In this document: in pieces, positions 51,556 to 64,000 of the stretch | Layout: each line of letters begins with the position of its first letter | Numbering within the stretch: the first letter of the stretch is position 1 | NCBI RefSeq assembly: GCF_006345805.1 | Contig: NC_043011.1 | Coordinates: 22,022,464 to 22,086,463, forward strand | DNA: 64,000 bases | Source of the DNA: Octopus sinensis | Taxonomy: Eukaryota | Reading direction: 5' to 3' | Program-made: the position numbers and the translations under genes | The notes under the pieces: model-generated | What the model was told of the DNA's origin: nothing | Seen by the model: the letters and a program-made list of their open reading frames with translations, nothing else | The model's database searches: none

Positions 51556-54500
51556 CCTTACCCTCATTAACTACCAATTGTCTGGCTGATTTGCTGTTAT
51601 TTTCTTGCTGACTTGTTCTGTTATTTCTGCATGACCTCTTTCTTATGTGTCTTCCTATGTGAATTGCTTTTAATGTGAAGAATCTAATTATACAACTATG
51701 AGCATATCCAACTGCTTTGACCACTCCTGTTGACCTGTTATACCTTAACTGTACAGAACCAATGGAGCATGAGAATCTGTGGTATATCTTCCAAACCCTA
51801 TAATTACAAAATTTCCAACTAAAATATTCTGGTTTTGATCAAAGGGTATTAATCAGAGCAGCATTACTCAATGTTTGTGCTTATTTATCTTTTATTTTTT
51901 GTTTTTCCTTGTTTCAGTCATTCAACTGAGTTCATGCAGGGCATTGCCTTGAAGGGCTTTGTCATATAAATTGACCCCAGTACCTGTTTTAATATCTGCT
52001 ACTTTGTCTATTTGTCTCTTTTGCCAAACCTTTAAGTTATGGGGATGTAAACAAACCAACTCTGGTTGTTAAGCAGTCGGGTGGACAAACACAGATACAC
52101 ACACACATGTATGATGGGCTTCCACAGTTTCCATCTACCAAATTTTCTCACAAGGCATTGGTTGATCCAGAGCTGTAATACAAGACACTTGCTCAAGGTA
52201 CCATGCAGTGGGACTGAACCTGAAACCATGTGGTTGCAAAGTGAGCTTTTTGACCACTCTGTCATTTCTATACCCATTTTCCTATACATTTTCATTAATA
52301 CATTAGGCTTAGAGGTTAAGTGAAACTACAGGTTAGAAAGCATTATGTTTTTAACTGCTGCTTCCATAATTTGAATCTAATAATAAATATAACAGTAGGT
52401 TTAACCTTTTAACATTCCGATTACTCTATCAAGTGTAATGCTTATTTATCCACATTGTTTTGAATTAATCATATATGATCTCATAGCTTCAAGATTTCAA
52501 TGATGTGATTGTTTATTTTTAGAATGGTATTGTAGGGTAAGTGTGAAAGGCTAGATCTGGCCAGTTTGCACATAAAACAGGTAGAATAATTGGGCCTGAT
52601 ATGGCTAGTTTAAATACTAAAGTGTTAAAGTATCAGAATAGTAAACATTGGATTATATTAGCATTCTGTTAAGTTTCTCTTTCAAGTAAGAAATATATAT
52701 CTAGCTTCACTTATAAAATCTTTTATTTCACTATTGATAATAGACAATTGTTTTATTTATTCCTTATAATATTGTTACAAGCGTTGCCTTATTGGCACTT
52801 ATGCCTATGCTAGTAGGGTGCCAAGAGCACCATTCAAGCGTGATCGTTGCCGGAGCAGCCAAATGGCACATAAAAGGGCACCATTCGAGCGTGATCATTA
52901 CCAACATCGCTTCGCTGGCACGTGTAAAAAGATTCGAGCAAGGTCATTGCCAGTACTGCCTGACTGGCACGTAAAAAGCACCCACTACACTCTCGGAGTG
53001 GTTGACATTAGGAAGGGCATCCAGCTGTAGAAACTCTGCCAGATCAAGATTGGAGCCTGGTGCAGCCATCTGGCTCGCCAGCCCTCAGTCAAAATCGTCC
53101 AACCCATGCTAGCATGGAAAGTGGACGTTAAACGAGGATGATGATGATGATGAATACCAGAGATTTTTAATTAAAGATTTTGCAAAGATTTTTAATTAAA
53201 CATTTTGTAAGAGTGGATGTTATTAGTTTAGTTTGGAAGAATGGGCTGTATCTATGGCTTTCAGCTGTTCTCTGAAACCGGTGAGATCAATATAGTTAGC
53301 ATTCCTTTTGAACAGTTGTAAGTTAATGGCTTTGGGAATTATAGAGAGTTGAGGGGTTTTGTTGAGGAGAGCAAAAGACTGGGTGTAATGGTTAGTGAAG
53401 GGACAACTGGGGAGAAGAACATTATGGCTGATAGGAATTGTACTCAATTTTTGTGATAATTTTAATTATCATCATTGTTTTAACATCCACTTTTTCCATG
53501 CTTGTATAGGTTGGATGGTGTCTATTGAGGCAGATTTTCTATGGCCAAATGTCCTTCTTGTCACTAACCCTTGTCTATTTCTAAGCAAGGTAATATTTCC
53601 CCATGGTCAGACATGCTTTTGCAGAATATTGGAAATGGACATTCATTTACAACAATCACACAGTGTCAAAACAGGGAGACACAAGCATACACACACACAC
53701 ATGACAAGCTTCTTTCAGTTTTCATCTACCAATATGACTCACATGGCTTTGGTTGGCCTTGATGCTACACAGTGGGACTCAACCTGAGATCATGTGGTTG
53801 GGAAACAAACTTCTTACCACACACCCATGCCTGCATCTAATATTTCAAACATTTTCACATTTTCTAAAGATGACTTGTCATTGTACAAATATATATTATT
53901 GCCACTTAATAATATCTACCATCTGAATATTAAATATTTAAGAACTGGATTCAGTATCTTCTTATGAGGAAAAGAGATCCCATGTTTGGTTAAGCTTCAA
54001 ATGTAGTCAACTTATAATTAGATAGCCTTGGTGTAAGTTTAATATTATATATTAAAAAAAAAAAATTTCTATGAAGGAGAGAAAAATCAGTTTTTTGGTT
54101 ATGTCAAAAATATAAAACCTAAATGTAGTTATACCCTCTTATCTCTGATTTCTAACAAAATTCTCTCTCTGATTGTTGTTTCACATAAATTAATTTGTCA
54201 TTACTAAAATTTATAGCAGCAACTAAATCAAAGTAGATAATATTTAATTGCATCAGTCAAGGAAAGAAAATCCAAGTTAAAAATGCTAACAGTTGTTACT
54301 AAATAGCACTTTAGTTTTTCATCTCTCTGTCTAATCCTTTAGATAAATCAACTTCGTGTTAATTTAAAGTTGTTGTTCCTGTTTAAATCAGCTCTGTTAA
54401 AGCTGACTTTATAATCTAGTCATAAGGACTACATCAATCTCTCTAATTTTTTACAACAGTAGGGCAGTGGTTCTTAGTTTTTTTTTTCCGTTTATTCACA

Positions 54501-55451
54501 ACACACACTCAAGAAAAAATGTATTAATCCTTTTGATACCAATCTGTTTGAGACTATCCCTGGTTTTGTTACACAAACTTCCTTTTTTTAAATGACCTAA
54601 TCTACAATCTTCCAACAAAATTTCATATTAATTTATGTTTCAAACACCAGCTTAATAATGTCAAAGTTATTTTACAAAATTCTTCCTTTTTTATTTTTAT
54701 CATTTGCAACAAAGGCAATGTATTTCAATAGAAACATGGTAACAAAAGGATTAGGAAAATTTTACAAATTTCCACCTATAGTTAAAATTTAAATTGCCTA
54801 AAAAAAAAGGGTAGTAATAACTTCTTCATTCAATAATTGCCATGCTAGTGTCATGAGACACTGTTTGGAAATCGCTGCAGTGACATTTTGTTTGAGGGAG
54901 ATTTAGCTACTATTTCTCGCAGGTTGAGCAACTTGATTTCAATGAAAAGCTACAAGATTTTTTTCTATTTCACATATAATTTCCCTGAATCACCAAAAGG
55001 AAAGTTGTATTCTTGTGACTTTCCAATTTTTAAAAACAAATATTAGAAATGAAACCATGTTGAATTATGTTCATAAATGAGAAATTCTTAATTTGTTGGA
55101 TAGGGATTTTGAAAGCAATTTAATTTTTTTGTTTGTTTTTTGATGCTTAAGATATTTCAATTTTACTGTATGGTTATTTGCTTGTGTTATTGCTATAAAT
55201 CCTTGTTTATCACTGAAAATAAACTGCTAATTGACAAATATAATTTTTGCTTTTACACCTTATCTAGGATAACTTCTGATTTCAATTTTGTTTATACTTT
55301 TATCGCTTAGATATATGCACCTGTACAAAATTTTTGCACTAAGATTTTTGCCACTATATTACACTCATGCTTCTTATTTTCAGTGGTAAAATATTGACTA
55401 AACTCAAGATTTAGTAACATTTGTATTAATATTATACATACATACATACAC

Positions 55452-55535
<84 letters not shown>

Positions 55536-55727
55536 TCCTCCTCTCTGTTAGGAGGCACAAGCACTTACACACACAATGGAAGCTTCCAGCCACCAAATTC
55601 AATTCAAGACTTCAGTCAGCCTAAGGCTATAGCAGAAGACACTTACCCAAGGTGCCATGCAGTGGGGCTGAACTAAAAACCATGTGGCTGAGAAGCAAAC
55701 TCCCTAACCACACAGCCATGCCTGTGC

Positions 55728-55804
<77 letters not shown>

Positions 55805-55836
55805 ATATATATGAGAGAGTACAATTAAACAGAAGC

Positions 55837-56062
55837 TTCAGTTAAACTCTTTATTATACCATAAATTACATAACCTTTACACATGTTTCACTAGTGTGTA
55901 CTTGTATGGTAATCCTTATAGATAGTTATATAATTACCTTGAAACACCAGATCTTCTGGCAGTCATCTAGGTACTGATTGCCATGCGACATACTAATATA
56001 TGCTAGTGAAATATGTGTAAAGATTATGTAATTCATGACATATAATAAAGAGTTTAATTGAA
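55837..56062. repeat. diverged fold-back inverted repeat
   Basis: ttcagttaaactctttattata / tataataaagagtttaattgaa; tacacatgtttcactag / ctagtgaaatatgtgta. Confidence 0.8.
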
Positions 56063-56758
56063 CCCCCTGTTTTATTCTGCTCTCATAATGTAAAACCAGA
56101 AGAAATGCAGCTAAGCATTTTGTCTGCCATTCTAATGATTCTGCTAGCTCACTACCTTAGCTTGACTAAGAATAATGTTACAGAAATCTTGTATAAAGTG
56201 ATGTTTCAAGCTAAATGACATTTAGTTAAAATTTATTGAATTGTAAGTCATCATAAATCTGTGATATGATCTTAAAATAAACACTGATATATATTTAGCA
56301 ACCCAAAAACTCATAGATTACATGCAGTGACTAGGTGACAGTTCACATGCTGAAAATTTTGGTACCCTGTAACAAATAATAAATGCTTAAGTGTATTTTG
56401 GGATGGTTAACATGTGTCATCCATGCTGCAGTTGTACATTGATATAGAGAACTCTAATGAAGTACAAAATAGTTGGGTTGAGGTCAACCATTTGGATTAT
56501 TAAAAAGGAATACCATTTCTATTAGTATTAGGCACTATTATTGTAATCAAACACCAACAACACTCTCTCTTAACTTAGTATCGTAGTAATAAAATACATT
56601 TAGGAATTATCCAAGGTTCAGAAAAGAAAGATTACAACAAAACAATGTTTTTAAAATTATATTTTTTCTTCAGCCATCATCTAATTGGAAAATCTAGCTA
56701 TTTAGAGCCAATGTAATTTTCATTTAATATATTGCTGCTTTCTTGTGCTTTTTCTCAG

Positions 56759-56788
56759 ACTTCTGAAACAGAACGTGTATTTTCAAAG
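56759..56788 (+). CDS. VPS13: candidate 30-nt VPS13 microexon (TSETERVFSK)
   Basis: ttgctgctttcttgtgctttttctcag acceptor, AAG|GTAAAC donor, phase 0/0. Confidence 0.55.
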
Positions 56789-59414
56789 GTAAACTAACGA
56801 ACACACGCACTTATGCAGTAATTTCCTCAATCACTTATGATGGAACCTCGTCTACTGCACTCAATAGTTTTGAGTATAACTCCTCAAACCAACAGAAACT
56901 TTCTGTTGGTCATCATATATATTTTCTCTCTCCCTCCTTCCCTCTCTCACCCCACATCAAGATTTTATATTCATTTGTAAGACTACTTGCCTTCTAAGCC
57001 ACAAACAGCTAGTGGCTTCTACTTTTCTCTACCATTATTCTCAGTCAGTAGCCTCCTTAGCTCATACTCATGTACTCTGCTCATGCCCAACAGCCATCAC
57101 CTTTCTCATTCACTTTCACCATCTACTAAGGTAATGCTTTATGCCTATTCTCTTCAAATCCAAAGACCTTAATCTTTCTCATGTACTCTCCCATTACATG
57201 GAACTATACATGACTGCACTCCTATCTTGTCAATAAATATTTTTCAATAATATAACATATAAATGCTCTCGATATCAGTTTAGTTACCACAATATTTCCC
57301 ATTACTTCTTTTCTCTTTCTGCTCCTCCCAGAGAACCTCCCTAAAAACACTACTGCACACTTCCTGTAAATTATGCATGCATAAGAGTTGGTATTTGGAA
57401 CAACTTTTTATTCTCTTTTCTGGTATATGGTGTTTTGTACTGATTATCAATCATTGATTAAAAGCTACATGTATATACATGTTCTGTATGTTTCTTTTGT
57501 ACATTAGTTGGTTTGGTGAGAAGGATGGCACATAGAGGTAACTGATCAAGGTTAATGGAATAAATGTGTACTCTGAACTCTTATAGGTTAATGTTCATAA
57601 GAAAAACATACATAAAAAAAATGGAGGATCTCAGTGTTCTTAGAGTCTTTTTTGCTCCATCTTTGATTTAAAAAAAAAATGTGCACTCCATCATGAATTG
57701 GAAAGACTGATATGTAGCCTATAAATTTCAAAAAACGTTTTAATCAAAACTTTATTGCAAGATTTATTAACTTGTTATTTACATACACTGCATTCTGATG
57801 TAACCCTTCCCCACCAAAATACTGCCATGCCCTACCTTGGGAAACACTTGTCTAAAAGTATGCAACTTTGAAAGGTTATAAAACTTATATAGCTAGGCAT
57901 TCTGTTGTTTCCATGTTCTGCAGTACAGCAACTAATGTATAAACAAATTATCATTTAACACTATGATGTTATATGTAGAGTACCTGACATTTAAGCATCT
58001 ATCAGATCAAATGCCCCTTTTAATTCATAGGTCATGGGGTTTTATAAGTCAGAGCAAAAAATATATAGCTATATTAAGATAATCCTTTTAAAAGAGAGAG
58101 AGTCCAAAATGTTGGGCATTTCTCTTCCTCTAAGTTAATATATCTAATGATTTTGTTTTAACTCCTTGATTAAGATCACCCCTTGTCTCCTGATATTCTA
58201 GTGATTTATATTAGATATTTCAGTTCTCGGTCCTAGTCATTTCACTTTTATTAATACCCTTTAGAACACATTATATTGATTATTTTAGGTATTAAAATCT
58301 ATTTTATCATGTGTTCTGGTTGGGGATTTTTAAGCCATAACATGCTATGGTGTCATCATTCTGTGTCATGAGAGTATGTGGAAATGGTTTACTATCACCT
58401 TCTCTGGATAGACATGAAGATTAGAATTTTTAGAAAGTAAAATATGTTGTCCTGAATAAGGAAATGATTGAAAATTGAAATCTCTCCTTCATGGACCCAG
58501 CTTACTCACCTAGAATCATAGATCCTATTGTCATGGATTTTTCTTATCTTGCATGTAACATACAGACAGGAATATTGCTTGACAACTGTCAATCAGCTCC
58601 ACTAGTCTTGGAAAACCTGCAAAGGCATTGGGTGCTGTCCCTTCCTCTTCACCTAGCAAGTAAAAAAGAAAGGAAAAGATAACAGCATGGAAGCTTTATT
58701 ATATATTTTGAATGTATTGCAGCCAATTATAGAATTAAAATGATACTTCTTAAAGCTTGTGTAGAAACACTTCTGTTCCACAATGCCATGGTCTTAGTAA
58801 TAGCAGAAATACACCCGCAGAAGAGATAAATGCTGAACATTGATGTCTTTTATGAGTTTCATTTACAAAATATATAATGTTATGTATATAATCTTCCAGT
58901 ATTATATATGTTTGTAGAATTACTTTAGTTTTGTTAATTCTTAAATCTTCTTTGAAATGTTTAATAATCTCATAAGTAATTACAATTTCATTTTATTTTA
59001 AATTCAGTTAAATTAGTTAAAATATGATTTAAGAATTTTTTGTGTGTGTACATATACACACATTATATATATATATATTCTAAGTATGGCTGTCTTTTTA
59101 AGAAAGAGAACTCAACACATGTGTACAATTTATTGAGATGAAACCAGTCAATAACTGGGAAGAAATCTAACTTCAATACCCTCAATGAAAAGTGTGTGTG
59201 TGTGCACATGTGGTGTTTGTAAAGGGGCAAGGTATATAACTTAGTAGTTTTTATGATGAGGATTCAGTTGAATTACCTGCTCAGTGAATTAGCGTACAAG
59301 CAGCTGACCATTCTGCAGATATGTGTACCTGCCTTTAAAGCAATCTTCAAGGAGGATCAACATGACACAATGTGTGACATGACAATACCATCCAGCAGGT
59401 GTATACATATATGA

Positions 59415-59513
59415 AAATTCTTTAACACATCTTTAATGTTTCTTTACAATTGTGTCTGTTCAGTTAGTACAGAAACAATTGTAACAAATCATTAAAGATG
59501 TGTTAAAGAATTT
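59415..59513. repeat. 99-bp hairpin
   Basis: aaattctttaacacatctttaatg / cattaaagatgtgttaaagaattt perfect 24-bp outer stem. Confidence 0.9.
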
Positions 59514-59712
59514 GTTTTGTCTTCTTATCATCTGGATTATTTACTCTTCGCCAAATCCTCTTTATAGAGAAATCATTTTGAAATTTGGATTTTCTACACC
59601 TGAGAAATTTCAGCTTTGGCTTGGAACCCAACAGTGTTGATAGCCTAGTATTCAAGTTGACTGCTTTTCTGAAAATTACCCTAACTTTACACACTACCAG
59701 ACCTTATATATA

Positions 59713-59773
<61 letters not shown>

Positions 59774-61780
59774 AGATAGATATGAGAAATTATGATAAAC
59801 TCGAGTTTATATCGTTTGTTCCTATGTATGCTTCGCTATTGTAGTTGTTTAGAACTCTGCATTGGATGTTCCAAGTGCAATTGGATGCTTAACCACAATG
59901 GATCATCTGAGGAACACTTTATTGCATTATGTTACAGAGATCTAATGTCTAAAAACGGTGTTTATTGTAATTTCTCCTACATTTTCTCTGTATGCTATGA
60001 TAAAGTAGTGTTACTAAGTACAGTAGTGGACAAACCATTCTACTGGAAGCAGACTCCATGATGATAATCTTCATAGAACTCTAAACCCAACAGTAGCAGT
60101 CATACATATATATGTATGTTTTATATATATATATACTTACATATCTATACACACACACACTCATATACAACATATGCATGCATATTTCACTGTTTTTATA
60201 TGAATTTGAAGTGTGAGTTATACTGTCAATTATTACTGAATTATCATGCTATAAATTTCCTCCTGTTAAAAATAGTATTTATTTATATATATTTAGTCAA
60301 CCATGTTTTGTACCTGTTTTTTGCCTTTGTTCTTGGCTTTTTGCAACAAGCCCCCTTTCATTTCTGCTTTTTTTTATTCCTTCCATTTTGTTTTATTATA
60401 TGTTGTAGTGAAGATTATTATTGTAATTAAATTGCCTCTTTCTCTGCATGATGGTATTTTATATATTCATATTTTTATTATTGTGGTATTTTACAGTTGG
60501 GTATTGTTATTGTTATATTATTTAATGTTTGCACTTGGCTTTGTTCATTTTCTATCAGTTTTTTTTCTCTCAATCTTCTGTGCTTACTAAAATCACTAAT
60601 GATTTAATGAGCCCTGTAATCTTATATATGTAGAAGGTGTCCATAAATTATTTTTTCATCCTCTATGCTTCAAACTGTAAAGATAATTTATGAACACCCT
60701 CTGTGTGTGTGTGTGTTTGTGTGTGGTGTGTGTGTGTGTGTGTGTGTGCATTTATATAATACAGTTTGATTGTATTTCATTGTTTATTAATGTTTTGATT
60801 TTGTTTTTTGTTATATCTTACTAAAACTGAGATTATAACATACAAAGAAGTTTCAATGTTTAAATAAAAAAATAAAACTATCCTAAGCTTTATTATAACT
60901 TTTAACTTTTGAAATTTCCAAGTCTTTAAGGAATAAATTTGTTGACAATTTGTAAAATTGTATGTTGACAAATTCTTTTGAAAACACTAAACTCTACTAT
61001 TATCACTACTACTATTTCTTGTAAAGTAAATTTTTAGTAAATATACTTATCAATATTGTCACCTTAATTTCTAATTGAAATAAATCTTTAATTTATTGGA
61101 AATTCTAATTCAAAATTTACTCAGAATTTTATGGTGTTTTTGGAGTTTAGAAATGTTGTGAATGTTAAAAAAAAATCAATATTTTACCATTTACTTTGTG
61201 AATCAAATAACACTGTTTAAATATAATCATTAATCAGAACAACCCTATTGTAAATATAAATTTATTGAAAATATTTCATTCAATTCTAAAACAAAAAGCA
61301 ATTATTTGTTCACATCAATTTTACTTTATTTATAATATTTTTGTATTATTTCTTACAACAGTTGCTTATTAAATTTCTGAACAAATTGTAGTATTAATTC
61401 TCTGTTTCCAGGTATTTCAATGTAAGAATTAACTAATGGATTGAGTTTCGTTTTTTTTTTTTTAAATATTGAAGTTAAATTAACGCAGTAAAAAGATGGG
61501 ATATCTTAAACATTTCATTCATTATGAATCATTGCCATATATAAAAAAAAGTAATGTTTTTGTTAACATCTTTCCATGGTTTATTGATATCAGAAAGGAC
61601 GTCCAGTTATAATACACTACCTCAAAACGTCCCTTCTAATTTATTGCACTTAAAAATGATGGCAAATAATGGTGATGATAATGATGCTTTCTCATTAACG
61701 GAATTATCATAGACCATTCATGCAGGCCAATGATTCATAATGAAATCAAATGTTTCTTGATGTTATAGACATTTTCACTT

Positions 61781-61831
<51 letters not shown>

Positions 61832-61834
61832 CTC

Positions 61835-61868
<34 letters not shown>

Positions 61869-63313
61869 ATCTTTAGATGAAAATAATCTAACTTGTTCTG
61901 CAGTATTTGCAGTTACTTTGCCATGTAAAAGCATGGTGTTTTAAGACAAAGACCTAAAATTAAATCAAAATAACATAACAAATCTGCTGTATTAAATAAT
62001 TATTTGTAATTATTTTGTTGATGTTTAACCATTGCTAAATAGGTTAGGAAAGTATGGTAATGATTTTTTTTTTCTGTTTTAAACAATAAATAAATGTAAC
62101 AATCTTCTGAAGAAAACAGATTTTAACTCAAGCAAATTGAAATATGTCTGCAAGTGTCTAATAATGTGATAATTTTCCCATCTTAACTTCTGTTTTTGTC
62201 TGGAAAGTAACTTGCTGAATTTTACAATTGCAAATATTTCTTAACTTAAAAATTCTTGGGTGTATTGAAAGTCCTGAAATTGAAAGCAACAGGATTATCA
62301 CATCATTACAATGTACCATGCTCCACTGAAGCATCGTGGATTACATTCTACTTCTGTAACAGTGAACTGGCTGTCTCAAAAGAAAGGGATACTGTGACTC
62401 ATCCTCCATGTACCTCTCTCAGCATAGTGCAGCTGATTCTGAGACCAGGGTGGGGATTATCACTATGTGACAGAGACTTAATTTAGTGCTAAGGCCATTC
62501 CCTCTGGGGAAGAGGGATGGCCTACAAGATTCCTGTGCTGGTGCCACAAAAAAAAGCACTTGTGTTGGTGCCACTTAAAAGTGCTTATTTGGGTGCCACA
62601 TTAAAAACACCCAGCACATAGTGTAAAGTGGTTAGTGTTAGGAAGGGTATCAGGCTGTAGAAACCAAGCTAAGTGAGACTGGAACCTGGTGCAGTTCTCT
62701 AACTTGCCAACTCTGGTTCAAACTATCCAACTCAAGCCAGCATGGGAAATGGACATTGGAGGAGGAGGAGGAGGAGGATTGACCTCATTAGGATTTGAAC
62801 TCAGGACACAAAGAGCTTGAACAAATACTGATGTAGTGACATTTCTGCCAATCAGTAACATAGGTAGCATATTCTCAGTAAAAATACATAAAAATAAGTG
62901 ACTATTTCCAGGATACTGATCAGACACTCAAATTCAATGCCAAGACTTCATATATCAGAGGAATTTTATTGTTTGCTTGTAAATTTTTGATCCTGATCTC
63001 CATTCTAGAGATATATACAAACAGAATTAGCTGTGATTATTCAATATCAATAAGTAGTGTTCAAAATATTATCTTAAGTGAAGCAAATAATCAGAATGTA
63101 ATGATTTTACTTTTTTCCTTTTCATAGATCTTTCAGTTTTCACCACCAAATTTTTATAGCCATCCTTTTGTTCTTTTTTCATCTCTTCCTCTCTCCTCTC
63201 TCTCTATCACTTTGACCCAAAGATCAATTGAAAATCATAAATTAATAACCATAAATCATAATTCATAAATTAAATTTTTACTATAGAATTTTTGAATTCT
63301 TTTTTATTTTTAG

Positions 63314-63421
63314 GCTTGTCTCCAAGTTGCAGAGTCTGAATGGTCTGACAAGTTTTCACTGGATACTGTCGGAAGCTCTGGTACCGTTCAGTGCAAGAAC
63401 AAAGCTTCTGGAATCTATGAA
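63314..63421 (+). CDS. VPS13: VPS13 exon aa (ACLQVAESEWSDKFSLDTVGSSGTVQCK...YE)
   Basis: poly-T tag acceptor, GTAAAT donor, phase 0/0; WS..FSLDTVGS motif. Confidence 0.92.
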
Positions 63422-64000
63422 GTAAATAGTTCTTTTTTTCTTTTTATTTATTACATTCATTATTCTTAAATCTACTAATATTTGACTAAATTGATTTATC
63501 AGTTGTATACATTATCAGATTTCCTCAATTATTATGCTTTTGGGGATAATGTCTCAGAGATCATATGACAGACTATATCTTTAGAATAGCTCGTTTGTTT
63601 TCATTACTATTACCAATAGTTATTTCCAGATGTCACTGAAACCATGTTAGAAATGAATCTTTATCTCTTAAGATCTGTGTTTGACTGTTTTAACACCAGT
63701 CCTCTTTCATTAAGAAACTTTATTCGTTATTATCAGATGAGCCAGAAGCTCACTCAGCTGGTAATGGACCAGTATCTCATCCAGTGGGGAATATATGCGC
63801 CACGGGAAACAGGAAACTGGCGCTATGAGTCTATATGACTCAGGAAGGAACTTTTAAGGTGGCAATTTGGCAAAATTGTTAGCATGCTGGGCAAAATGAT
63901 GGCAGAATAGAATGGAATGACCTTTGTTGTTTCTTCTAGCTCTTTGTCTCTGTCAAAAAGCATGTCCACATTGATTCAGTCCTCTTTCCTATATGGAGTA

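Larger units (their letters stand above)
1427..63421 (+). other. VPS13: VPS13A/C-type lipid transfer protein gene, internal portion (27 core exons; 5' and 3' ends outside window)
   Basis: Manual splicing gives a continuous 1199-aa frame with matching intron phases. VPS13 motifs GCMQFVFLNKYV, PLILVPQHSKS, WEPLLEP, VAB repeat motifs P-x4-N (PYIIEN, PTVIIHN, PYWMIN) and WSDKFSLDTVGS are recognised from memory of the family. Confidence 0.93.

Noticed and set aside
52662-52685. 24-nt in-frame exon candidate (HSVKFLFQ)
   Set aside because: No pyrimidine tract at the acceptor.
55311-55385. 75-nt in-frame exon candidate (IYAPVQNF...FSV)
   Set aside because: Intron-like composition and moderate donor; likely chance.
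61412-61421. 10-nt exon candidate ttccag|GTATTTCAAT|gtaaga
   Set aside because: Not frame-preserving on its own.

Overview
AT-rich, repeat-dense eukaryotic DNA. The SINE, LINE and microsatellite landscape suggests an octopod cephalopod, but that is inference. The window is the interior of one large + strand gene of the VPS13A/C type (bridge-like lipid transfer protein). I spliced 27 exons by hand (1427-63421). They give one open frame of 3597 nt / 1199 aa covering the central rod and the VAB repeats (motifs YYNEKLAVWEPLLEP, PYIIENRTG, PTVIIHNLLP, SPYWMINKTG, WSDKFSLDTVGS). Start and stop codons lie outside the window, and one intron is GC-AG. Introns carry mariner, Tc1, RTE and CR1 LINE remnants, tRNA-derived SINEs, TTAA-flanked and hAT MITEs, a Helitron-like element and long microsatellites. 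Most supplied ORFs are artefacts of these repeats. Two signals stand out. (1) The 15.6 kb intron 47737-63313 holds three in-frame phase 0/0 cassette exon candidates (9, 108 and 30 nt) that could build a variable charged loop in a VAB repeat. (2) Many fold-back palindromes occur, and several carry degenerate minimal hammerhead-ribozyme motifs of the Penelope-like type on both arms. Nothing here was checked computationally.
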